Assembly: GCA_041601615.1 (NCBI GenBank)
Contig: JBFIHX010000010.1
Location: forward strand, 1 to 64,000
DNA length: 64,000 nucleotides
Origin: Thermoplasmatota archaeon
GTDB taxonomy: Archaea > Thermoplasmatota > E2 > JACPAO01 > JAHFTW01
Direction: 5' to 3'
Below are positions 1 through 8,230 of the stretch, piece by piece. Position 1 is the first letter of the stretch. Each line of letters begins with the position of its first letter. Below the pieces are notes generated by a model. The model made no database searches and was not told the DNA's origin. It worked only from the letters and a program-made list of their open reading frames with translations. A program made the position numbers and the translations under genes.

Positions 1-3
1 GGC

Positions 4-230
4 CTTCGGCTTCGCTTAGGCTTTCGCCTTGCGCTCGGCCTTCAGAGCCTGCGCGTATGACCTTCGCAAACGAAGGCCACAGTTCCAGGCTCTTCGGCTT
101 CGCTTAGGCTTTCGCCTTGCGCTCGGCCTTCAGAGCCTGCGCGTATGACCTTCGCAAACGAAGGCCACAGTTCCAGGCTCTTCGGCTTCGCTTAGGCTTT
201 CGCCTTGCGCTCGGCCTTCAGAGCCTGCGC
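4..230. repeat. 88-bp-period tandem repeat: 51-bp unit x3 (4-54, 92-142, 180-230) separated by an identical 37-bp hairpin-containing spacer x2
   Basis: Read directly. The 51-bp unit is the last 39 nt of rpl24e plus 12 nt downstream. The spacer contains tgaccttcg-caaa-cgaaggcca. Confidence 0.9.
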
Positions 231-392
231 TTGCTTGGTCCAGCGAACGTACCGGGGTACGCGCTTGAGGCGCTGGTGCTCGCGGAAGCACTTGCGGCTC
301 TTGTAGTGGTAGACCTCGCCGTTGCGCTTGACGTAGAGGAGGCCGGTGCCGGGCTCGATTTCTTCGCCGCTGAAACTGCAGACGCGCTGCAT
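192..392 (-). CDS. rpl24e: 50S ribosomal protein L24e
   Basis: CSFSGEEIEPGTG...KC...RxPRxVxWT TRASH/L24e pattern; conserved order rpl7ae-rps28e-rpl24e. Confidence 0.95.
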   Translation of the reverse strand: MQRVCSFSGEEIEPGTGLLYVKRNGEVYHYKSRKCFREHQRLKRVPRYVRWTKQAQALKAERKAKA

Positions 393-622
393 TAACGTCG
401 GCCTCCGAGCTTGCGGGCTTCGCGCTCGGTCTCGCGCAGCATCAGCGTGTCGCCGACCTGAACAGGGCCCATGACGTTGCGGGAGATGATCCGCCCAACG
501 TCGCGGCCTGCGAGAACGCGGACCTTGACCATCAGGACCTCGCCGGTCATACCGCCGCGGCCCATGACCTCGACGACTTCCGAGGGGAAGGCGTCGAGTT
601 CGGTGATATTATCGTCAGCCAT
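392..622 (-). CDS. rps28e: 30S ribosomal protein S28e
   Basis: [44 protein letters not shown]. Confidence 0.97.
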   Translation of the reverse strand: MADDNITELDAFPSEVVEVMGRGGMTGEVLMVKVRVLAGRDVGRIISRNVMGPVQVGDTLMLRETEREARKLGGRR

Positions 623-633
623 GTGGATTCACC

Positions 634-999
634 TCAGGCCTTGAGGGCGCCGCACTTCTTGACGACGTCCTCGACGCTTTCACCAGCGGTGCCGGCATCA
701 AGGATTGCGATGGAGGCGGTGCCGACGGGTAGACCGGCGGCGGCTCCGAGTTCGGCCTTGCTGGGCACGTAGCCGTAGGGGATGCCCTTCTCTTCGCAGA
801 GCAGGGGGATGTGGGCGAGGATCTCCTCGGGGGAGACGTCCTCGGCCATGACGACGAACTTGGCGGTGCCGCGCTCGACGTTCTTGGTGACCTCGTTGGC
901 ACCCTTGGCGATCTTGCCGGTGGTGCGGGCCTTCTCAAGGGCCTCGTAGGTCTGGGTGCTGAGTTCTTTGGGCGTCTCGAATCGGACGAACATAGGCAT
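634..999 (-). CDS. rpl7ae: 50S ribosomal protein L7Ae
   Basis: [49 protein letters not shown]. Confidence 0.97.
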   Translation of the reverse strand: MPMFVRFETPKELSTQTYEALEKARTTGKIAKGANEVTKNVERGTAKFVVMAEDVSPEEILAHIPLLCEEKGIPYGYVPSKAELGAAAGLPVGTASIAILDAGTAGESVEDVVKKCGALKA

Positions 1000-1006
1000 G
1001 GTGTTT

Positions 1007-1055
1007 CTGTCTCCTCACCCCCAGGTCAAGCCCGGAGGTTCATGGTCATGGACAG
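1007..1055 (-). promoter_or_regulatory. 5' leader hairpin with two stacked K-turns (probable L7Ae autoregulatory site)
   Basis: Minus strand CUGUC-cau-GA-C-cau-GA-ACCUCC...GGGGGU-GA-G-GA-GACAG, overlapping the SD-like GGUGAGGAG. Confidence 0.7.
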
Positions 1056-1124
1056 CCCGCCTCCTTCCGGAGCGGCGACCAGTCGGCGCGACGAGGGTGC
1101 CCTATTTAGACCTTGATGCGTGTA

Positions 1125-2705
1125 TTAGGAGGAGCGGCGGGTTAGGAGCGCCGCAGTTGCAAGCAATGCCAGGATGCCCGTGGCGCCGAGGCCGGGTATG
1201 CTTGCTCCGGTTCCGGGACCGTTGGCATCGATGGCGTGGCTTTCTTCGAGGTTGGGTTCGGATTGCAATGTGAATCCGAGCGGTGTTCCAAGGTTGTCTT
1301 GGAAGTAGCCGGTGACGGGTTGGGGCAGGAGGGGGAAGGGGGTGACGGAAAGGTCGTGGTCGCCGGGGGGGAGCGCGAGGGTTGCGGGGAAGGTGCCGTC
1401 GTCGTGGGCGTGCAGTTTGGAGTGCAGCAGTGGGAGGCCGCGGGCGTCTCGTAGGTCGATTTCGAGTTCGCCGTGGGCGAATGGCTGGCCGGTGATTCCG
1501 GTGGCGGCGAGTCGGATGTTCGTGGCGTGTCCTTCGGTGAGGGTGGGTGCTTCGAGGGTGAGAATTTGGGGGCCGAGGACTGTGGCGGCGACGGGCGGGG
1601 CGACGAGGTAGCTGAGGGTGATAGTGTCGCTCCAGTCGCCTCGGTCGGCGCGGACGCGAAGTTCGTAGGCGCCGGGGATGGTTTGTTGGGTGGCGAGGGT
1701 GTAGATGCCGTCGTATTCGTGCAGGCTGTCGGAGGAGAACAGCACGCCGAGGGGGCCCACCAGTTCGGCTTGGAAGTTGACGTGTTGTGCGGTGGTGCCG
1801 GTGGCGGGGTCAACGACGAGGACGTTGAGGTGTTGCAGGGTTGCGGGGCCGACGATGACGTAGGGGTCGAGGGTGCCGATGAGTTGGAGGCGGCCATCGC
1901 TTGCATCTGCGCCTTGTCCGTGGGTGACGCGGTTGAGTTCGGCGGATGCGACGGGGATGGGCGGGGCGGCGAGGGCGGGCGGCGTGGGGGTGGCGACGGT
2001 GAAGGGAATTTCACTGATGACGGGTGCGAACGCGGGGCCGGTGGCGGTCGGGTAGGCTTGGTAGCCGATTTGGCGCAGGACGTAGTCGCCGGGTTCGATG
2101 AAGTTCAGGCGGGCGGCTTGGAGGTCGGTGTGCGTGTGGGTGTGGGTGCGGAAGACGAGGAGGCCGTCGCGGTAGGCTTCTAGGAGGACGTCTGTGTGGT
2201 TCAGCAGGGCTCGGTCTTCGCCGTAGAGTCCGTATTCGAGGTCGAGGGTGCCGCCGTTTTGGGTCCATCCGGCTTCGAGTTGGACGCTGTTTTCGGTGAC
2301 GTGGGCGACGGCGGTGCCTTCTCGGTGGGCGAGGACGTTGCCGCTGTCGTCGAGGGCTTCGACGCGCCAGGTGCCCGGGTGGGGGAAGACAATGTCGAGG
2401 TCTGCCATGCCGTCGTAGTCGTGGCCGCTGGCGGGCGTGGTTTGCCAGAGGATTTTGTCGTCAAGAAGGACGCGCAGGGGGATGTTTTGGTGGAAATCGG
2501 GGTCGAGGTCGTCGCCGAATGCGACTACGGCAAAGTGGGCGGGGGTTCCCACAAGCGCCATGCCGTCGGGGGCGAGGTCGGTGACGACTGCGATTGGTCC
2601 GCCGGTGCCGGCTCCGGTGTGTTCGTGGCTCTGCGCGAGGCTGCCGGGCAGAACCAATACGAGTGCGGCGAGGAGCGGGAGAACGGTGGCAGCTGCGACG
2701 CGCAT
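1125..2705 (-). CDS. Secreted His-rich putative metal-binding cell-surface protein with PGF-CTERM-like anchor
   Basis: ATG at 2705 overlapping the upstream stop; signal peptide MRVAAATVLPLLAAL...; HDYDG/HEYDG, HTHTH and HAHDDG motifs; C-terminal IPGLG-TM-RRSS. Confidence 0.75.
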   Translation of the reverse strand: MRVAAATVLPLLAALVLVLPGSLAQSHEHTGAGTGGPIAVVTDLAPDGMALVGTPAHFAVVAFGDDLDPDFHQNIPLRVLLDDKILWQTTPASGHDYDGMADLDIVFPHPGTWRVEALDDSGNVLAHREGTAVAHVTENSVQLEAGWTQNGGTLDLEYGLYGEDRALLNHTDVLLEAYRDGLLVFRTHTHTHTDLQAARLNFIEPGDYVLRQIGYQAYPTATGPAFAPVISEIPFTVATPTPPALAAPPIPVASAELNRVTHGQGADASDGRLQLIGTLDPYVIVGPATLQHLNVLVVDPATGTTAQHVNFQAELVGPLGVLFSSDSLHEYDGIYTLATQQTIPGAYELRVRADRGDWSDTITLSYLVAPPVAATVLGPQILTLEAPTLTEGHATNIRLAATGITGQPFAHGELEIDLRDARGLPLLHSKLHAHDDGTFPATLALPPGDHDLSVTPFPLLPQPVTGYFQDNLGTPLGFTLQSEPNLEESHAIDANGPGTGASIPGLGATGILALLATAALLTRRSS

Positions 2706-3214
2706 CAGTCGCGACGGGGCGGTCGGACACTTGATGCTTGTCGTGTCGGCCCTTCGCGGCGGGGCGGAGCCACGGAGCCACCGGAGGTCCGAGTGGGCCC
2801 TCCGGATCGGCCGGGAGAGTTGTTGGGTTTGTTGTTGGCCCTGGCGCCGGGTTTTCCTCCCGTTTTGGGGGGTGCTTCGCCTCGCTCGGTGAGGATGCCG
2901 AGGCGGGTGGTGAGCGCTTTGATGGTGCCGGAGCTGGAGAGGGTCTCGACGGTGACGGGAATTTTGGCGGCGGCTTCGAAGGCCCAGGTGATGTTGGGCA
3001 GCCAGGCGCGGGTGGCGCTGAGTTGGTGGTGGTGGACGCGGACGACGGCGTGGGGCCATTCGTAGCGTGTCAATTGGGGCGCATGCTCGTCGGGGATTTC
3101 TTCCCGGCGGGCTCGACCGAGGATGGCGTTGGATACGGCGCGGCGCGACAGGCGTGTGTCCCCCGTGAATCGGAGTGCGATGTAGCGCCAGTGGGGGTCG
3201 TGCGCCTTGCTCAC
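2705..3214 (-). CDS. Ribonuclease P protein component Rpp14/Pop5 family
   Basis: WRYIALRF...AVVRVHH...VETLSSSGTIKAL pattern, followed by a low-complexity basic tail. Confidence 0.75.
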   Translation of the reverse strand: MSKAHDPHWRYIALRFTGDTRLSRRAVSNAILGRARREEIPDEHAPQLTRYEWPHAVVRVHHHQLSATRAWLPNITWAFEAAAKIPVTVETLSSSGTIKALTTRLGILTERGEAPPKTGGKPGARANNKPNNSPGRSGGPTRTSGGSVAPPRREGPTRQASSVRPPRRD

Positions 3215-3223
3215 GGGCTGGGC

Positions 3224-4531
3224 CTAGTCGGAGGTCCTTGTGGCCCTTGCGGTCGCTTCGGATGAGGTTGGATCTCGCAGGCATTGCCACGCGAATCGTC
3301 CCAGCGCCAGGAGTCCAAGGAACGCAGACCAGAATCCGAGACCGGGCCGGCTTGGCTGTGCCGGGGTTCCGAGCCAGGTCCCGGCTTGCCATGCCACGGC
3401 TGTGATGCTGCCGAGTGATCCGAGTGCCAGGAGGGCGATGGCGATCCATCGAAGCCGAGGAATCGGCTGGTGCAGGATCTCGCCAACGAACCACGCAAGG
3501 AGCGCCATGGCTCCGAGTGCTACCAGGAGTGCACCGAGTCCCATCCATCCGGGCCCGCCGTGGGCGTCTTGGAACGCTCCAAAATAGCTGTGGCTGCGGT
3601 CGGTCGCAGCGCCCGAGGCGTGGTCTGTGTGTACGGTGGCCGAGCCGGCGCGGTAGGATACTTGGAGTGTGTCCTCGTGGCAAACACTTCCGCGACCGGG
3701 AACGTCTTGGCAGGTGCGCAGTGTGATCTCCTTTTCAGCCAACGGCAGGCCGAGGGGCAGCAATAGAAGCGCCGCTGCGAAAAGTGCGATGGTGCCGCCC
3801 CTGGGCCAGCTCGGGCGCAGCGTGGGGTGGTGCAGGGGCTTGTCGTCGAGCTCCGAAGCGGCGGGGGTTGTCTCGAACCCGAACAATCGCTCCGCTGGCA
3901 CGAGTGGCGAGGCTCGGCTCCAGCCCACGAGGCGATCTCGAAGCACGTTGTGCAATCGCAGGCCACCCGCGAATCCCAGCAAGCCAGCAAGGAGCAGCAC
4001 CCATGCTCCGGGCATAGCTCGCAGGGGCGCGACCTTGCTGCCGGCCCAGGTTGCGGCGTGAAAAAGGACGCCGCCGAGGGAGGCTGCTAGTGCTGTGAGT
4101 ATGAGCGCGACGGCGACGATCGGCACCCAGGGCACAGCGCGCTTCAAGTGATGGTGGTCTCGAAGTGTCCACGCGACTGCAAGTGCCACGGGCACGAATC
4201 CTGCGGCGGCCAGAAGGAGCGGTTTTGCGATGGTGAGCAAGGCGCTGTGCCACCATGCCGAGTCGTCGCCAGCGCCCCTATCGTATGGGTGCCAGAACGG
4301 TTCGTCCCCCACGGATGTCAAGGCGCCTGGCGACCCTTCCCAGTACTCGATGTAGCCTCGAAGGGCTGCGGGGTCGTACGTTGCGTGGACCACCATGGCA
4401 AGGCAGAGGGGCTGTGCATGTTCGTCCAGCGCGCAGGACTCATAGGTTACGGTCTTGCTGCCCCAGGAGAGGCCCAGGGACGCGGCAAGGAGGGCGGCTG
4501 CTAGGGCCAGGAGGACCGACGAACGCAGCAC
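3224..4531 (-). CDS. Hypothetical polytopic membrane protein made of two similar halves
   Basis: Each half has a TM helix, a loop with C-x9-C, and further TM helices. Confidence 0.6.
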   Translation of the reverse strand: MLRSSVLLALAAALLAASLGLSWGSKTVTYESCALDEHAQPLCLAMVVHATYDPAALRGYIEYWEGSPGALTSVGDEPFWHPYDRGAGDDSAWWHSALLTIAKPLLLAAAGFVPVALAVAWTLRDHHHLKRAVPWVPIVAVALILTALAASLGGVLFHAATWAGSKVAPLRAMPGAWVLLLAGLLGFAGGLRLHNVLRDRLVGWSRASPLVPAERLFGFETTPAASELDDKPLHHPTLRPSWPRGGTIALFAAALLLLPLGLPLAEKEITLRTCQDVPGRGSVCHEDTLQVSYRAGSATVHTDHASGAATDRSHSYFGAFQDAHGGPGWMGLGALLVALGAMALLAWFVGEILHQPIPRLRWIAIALLALGSLGSITAVAWQAGTWLGTPAQPSRPGLGFWSAFLGLLALGRFAWQCLRDPTSSEATARATRTSD

Positions 4532-4553
4532 GATTGAAACGCGGCGGGCTGGT

Positions 4554-5378
4554 TCAAGAACCTTCGGGGCCCGTTGACGAAGCGCGGCGGTGCTCGGCAG
4601 CTTTGCTCAATTGGTTTAGAAGCGAATTGCGGCGGCGCGATTGTGCGTAGCTTCGCAGGCTCACCCCGAGCGGTGCTAGCAAGGCGATGGGGAGGGCCCA
4701 CCAAACGGCGGCTCCGAGGCGAGTCAGAATCCAAAGGATCGGCGCGGCGCTTGCAAACAGGAACACAATGGCCCAGAACGGTAGGAAGGGCCGGCCTGCT
4801 TCTTCCACCATGCGTTCGGCCTCCTCCGCCGTATAGGATTGAGCCGTGGGCACGAGGGGGCGGCCTTGGTATGCGTGCCGCACCGCTTCCATCGCCTGCA
4901 TGTACCCGGCAGATTCCGATTGCCAAATCGTGAATCGAGTGGGTGTGAATCGAACCGTTTCCACGCTGCCGCCCTTGCGCTCCAGTGCGAGTCCCATCTG
5001 GGTGACCTTTCCATCCGAGGACGCAAACGGACTCACGAAGGCGCCCGTCACGTCGTAGTAGGAAGGGTAGACGGCTTCCAGTTCCGCCCAGGCGGCAAAG
5101 GGTCGCCGCCAGCGCAGCACAAGCGGTCGGCTCGGCGCCACGCCATGTTCGTAGATGCGGATGTTGCTGGGAAACGTCAAAGCTAGCCAGGCCAGAGACG
5201 CGAGCACGGGTGCTGCATACACCCAGTAGAGCGCCGCCCTGTTGTCTCTTGCCAAATTTTCGAGGCTCCCGGTCACGAACACGAATGAGAACAATAGGAG
5301 CCCAGCGTAGACGATGGGGTGGGCGCGGGGCGGACTGTACTCGAAGAGGAGGCGGCCGCGTTCCATGACCGTGCTCAC
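4554..5378 (-). CDS. Hypothetical membrane protein (2 TM, soluble domain, 2 TM)
   Basis: Start overlaps the nac stop; hydrophobic segments at both ends. Confidence 0.65.
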   Translation of the reverse strand: MSTVMERGRLLFEYSPPRAHPIVYAGLLLFSFVFVTGSLENLARDNRAALYWVYAAPVLASLAWLALTFPSNIRIYEHGVAPSRPLVLRWRRPFAAWAELEAVYPSYYDVTGAFVSPFASSDGKVTQMGLALERKGGSVETVRFTPTRFTIWQSESAGYMQAMEAVRHAYQGRPLVPTAQSYTAEEAERMVEEAGRPFLPFWAIVFLFASAAPILWILTRLGAAVWWALPIALLAPLGVSLRSYAQSRRRNSLLNQLSKAAEHRRASSTGPEGS

Positions 5379-5725
5379 AGGAGTTTCGTGATTGCCTCAG
5401 CCAAGTCGCCCTTGGTTTCCTGCAGAGTCGCCCGCGCCGTCGCCTCATCGCAGCCGGTTTGCTCGACCACCATGGCCACGTCCTCGGCGGTCGCTTGCAG
5501 GCGAACCTCGTGTTCTTGGACCGTGGGTGTGCCGCTGATTTGCCAGGTCTCAGAGCCAGGCGCCTTCATGATTGTGACACTGGCGTCCGTGAAGACGTAG
5601 TCCTTGTTCGTGGTGCGAATGACGATTTCCTGCACGCCGTCGACTTCCTTGACGTCGATGCCGAGTTTCTTCATCATCATGGACATTTGGCGCGGGTCCA
5701 TGCCGCCGCCCATGCCTGGGAACAT
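5375..5725 (-). CDS. nac: Nascent polypeptide-associated complex protein
   Basis: MDPRQMSMMMKKLGIDVKEV...WQISG...GDLAEAI (NAC plus UBA-like domain). Confidence 0.93.
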   Translation of the reverse strand: MFPGMGGGMDPRQMSMMMKKLGIDVKEVDGVQEIVIRTTNKDYVFTDASVTIMKAPGSETWQISGTPTVQEHEVRLQATAEDVAMVVEQTGCDEATARATLQETKGDLAEAITKLL

Positions 5726-5785
5726 GGATTCTCCCACAGGCGATGGCTGTATGACCGTTGCCGTGCATCTTCCCTCGTGGACGCC

Positions 5786-7219
5786 ATGCCTGTGCGCGAA
5801 TTTCGCCGCCTTGATCTAAACAGCGAGGAGCTTGGCGTTCCGGTTGCCACGCTGATGGCGCGGGCGGGCAAGGCGCTCGCAGACGCAGTCCAACCCCACG
5901 CCACGGCTGGCGGCGGGCCCGTGGTGCTCGTGTGCGGCAAGGGCAACAACGGCGGCGACGGATTCGCGGCGGCTTCCATCCTTCTGCGTCGTGGCATCGA
6001 GTGCCTGGTCGTCCTAGTGGAACCAGCCGACGCGGTGCGGGGTTCGGTGTCGCGGGCTTATCTGTCGATGATCCCCGAGGGCTCGGTCCGGCCGTGGAAG
6101 GGTGCTCGCCGAGCGGCGTGGAAGGAGGCGCCGGTCGTGGTGGATTGCTTGCTTGGTTCCGGCATCCAAGGTCGCCCGCGGCCCCCCTACGACGCCGCGA
6201 TCCGCTGGATCAACGCCCACTCCGGCCTGGTCGTCTCCTGCGACATTCCAAGCGGCCTCGGCACCCCGCTTGCGGTTCAGCCGGACGAGACGGTGACGTT
6301 CCATGCGCCAAAAGAGGGCATGACGGCAGCGAACTCCGGCACCATCACCATCGCCCCCATCGGCATTCCGGCGCGGGCCCAGAAGGAAATCGGCCTTGGA
6401 GACTTGGACGCCGGCCTTCGCCGCTCGGCGCCAGGAAGCCACAAGGGCGACAACGGCCGCGTCTTGATTGTGGGCGGCGGCCCGTTTCTCGGCGCTCCAT
6501 ATTATGCTGGCATGGCCGCGTATCGCTCAGGCGCCGACCTCGTTCACGTTGCCGCCCCCGCCGCTGCCGCTGCCGTCCTGCGAACCTGGGGCCCGGACCT
6601 GCTCATCCATGACGCTTGCCCCGGCGACCACTGCACCAACGGCGCCAAGGAAACGGTGCGTGCCCTGCTTGCCCGCGTGGACGCCGTGGTCATTGGGCCC
6701 GGCCTCGGCACCAACCCCGAAACACGAACCGTCGCCCGTACCATCATCGAGGACGCTTGCAAAGCGGGCATTTCCGTCGTCGTGGACGCCGATGGCCTCG
6801 ATGCCCTAGATGATGCGCTCCTGGCAAAGCACGGCAACCGCATGGTTTTGACTCCGCATGGGCGCGAATTCACGGACCTCACCGGCTGGAAACCGACGCC
6901 CGCAAACGTCACCAAATACGCCGCTAAGCACAACGTGACCGTGCTACGAAAAGGACCCATAGACGTGGTCAGCGACGGCGCACGCACAAGAATTTGCACA
7001 CGCGGCCACCCGTCAATGACCGTCGGCGGCACCGGGGACCTCCTGGCGGGCGCCGTCGGGGCACTTCTAGCACGCGGAGCTGAGCCCTTCGATGCGGCGT
7101 GCGCCGGAGCCTACCTGTTGGGGATCGCGGGCGAGGCGGCAGCCAAGGAATTCGGCGTGGGAGCGGTTGCGATGGATATGGCGATGGAAATTGCGCGGGT
7201 TTTGGCCACGCTCAAGTAA
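5786..7219 (+). CDS. nnr: Bifunctional NAD(P)H-hydrate epimerase/dehydratase
   Basis: GKGNNGGDG, DIPSG, SHKGDNGRV, GPGLG, VDADGL, TPH..EF and GGTGD motifs. Confidence 0.93.
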   Translation: MPVREFRRLDLNSEELGVPVATLMARAGKALADAVQPHATAGGGPVVLVCGKGNNGGDGFAAASILLRRGIECLVVLVEPADAVRGSVSRAYLSMIPEGSVRPWKGARRAAWKEAPVVVDCLLGSGIQGRPRPPYDAAIRWINAHSGLVVSCDIPSGLGTPLAVQPDETVTFHAPKEGMTAANSGTITIAPIGIPARAQKEIGLGDLDAGLRRSAPGSHKGDNGRVLIVGGGPFLGAPYYAGMAAYRSGADLVHVAAPAAAAAVLRTWGPDLLIHDACPGDHCTNGAKETVRALLARVDAVVIGPGLGTNPETRTVARTIIEDACKAGISVVVDADGLDALDDALLAKHGNRMVLTPHGREFTDLTGWKPTPANVTKYAAKHNVTVLRKGPIDVVSDGARTRICTRGHPSMTVGGTGDLLAGAVGALLARGAEPFDAACAGAYLLGIAGEAAAKEFGVGAVAMDMAMEIARVLATLK

Positions 7220-7315
7220 GTACCATGAGCCGCCCCAGGTGCGGCCCCTCATCGCTGAGGATCGGCACCAACCCCCAGGCAAGCAATTATCAATTGGAAA
7301 CACCTATTTTCCCAT

Positions 7316-7711
7316 ATGGTAGGGTACATGGAAATCGCCAAATTTGGCTCCCCCATCGAGCTTGCCAAGTTGCAAGTCCGAGGCATCCCGCTTGCAAGCA
7401 TCGGCGCCACTGCCAAAATGTACGGTGTCTCCGAGACAATGGTCCGAGACCTTGCGGACCTAAACACATCTACATTCTACCGACTCCGCAAGGAGCGCCG
7501 AAAGCTCTCACGAGATTATTCCGAGACCGTGACCCGGCTCATCCATCTGCACGCACGGGCAAGTGAGGTCCTGCCGAACCCCAACAAGTGGTTCCACACC
7601 AAGAATCCACACTTGGAAGACCAGACCCCCATGGAGTTGGCCCGAACAGAAGCCGGAGGCCGCGCAGTGGAATCCCTTCTGGAGCGGCTCGAATACGGTA
7701 GCGTAGCGTGA
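7316..7711 (+). CDS. Xre/MbcA/ParS-type antitoxin
   Basis: HTH-like N-terminus plus WFHTKNPHL..QTPMEL..TEAG...V..LLERLEYG; overlaps the RES gene start. Confidence 0.85.
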   Translation: MVGYMEIAKFGSPIELAKLQVRGIPLASIGATAKMYGVSETMVRDLADLNTSTFYRLRKERRKLSRDYSETVTRLIHLHARASEVLPNPNKWFHTKNPHLEDQTPMELARTEAGGRAVESLLERLEYGSVA

Positions 7712-8139
7712 AAGTCTGGCGCATCGTCCACAAAGGTCACTTGGACGAGCCTTGGACCCCACCACGCATGGCACACCGATGGACCAGCGAACGCTCCCTT
7801 GTCACCTATGCATCCTTGGAGCCAGGTACCGCAGTCACAGAAATCCTCACGTACGCCCGTGATGTTGATCAGCTCGCCAATCGATACCTCGTGGGCGGCG
7901 AATACACGGGCTCCGTGATGGAATTGGAGGACTTGCCCAAGGGCTGGAATGCGTGGCCGCACAACCCCAAGGTGCAAGCGACAGGGGATGCTTGGTACCG
8001 GTCGAGGACCGCAGGGGCGTTGATTGTTCCGAGCGCCATTCTGCCGGCAAAGAACGTGATTCTAAACCGTGATCACCCCGATTTTGAAGTGCAGACGCTC
8101 ACACGAATCGGATTGGATGCGCTCAACCGAGGACTGTGA
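7708..8139 (+). CDS. RES domain toxin
   Basis: VWRI...RW...YAS.....A..E...GDAW......LIVPS....NVILN.DHPDF. Confidence 0.88.
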   Translation: MKVWRIVHKGHLDEPWTPPRMAHRWTSERSLVTYASLEPGTAVTEILTYARDVDQLANRYLVGGEYTGSVMELEDLPKGWNAWPHNPKVQATGDAWYRSRTAGALIVPSAILPAKNVILNRDHPDFEVQTLTRIGLDALNRGL

Positions 8140-8230
8140 GCCACGGACACAGGCGGCAAGGGCCAGCTCGAGCGTGCATTCCCCAACCACGCTCGCGTAA
8201 CCTCATATACCGGAACCACCAGGGCAACCC

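Noticed and set aside
4-230. Possible CRISPR array
   Set aside because: The spacers are identical, the repeat is the rpl24e 3' end, and there are no cas genes in the window.
2706-3683. 852-aa ORF extending upstream of the His-rich protein
   Set aside because: The extension overlaps Pop5 and another gene in different frames and is Arg/Pro-rich GC noise; the signal peptide begins at 2705.
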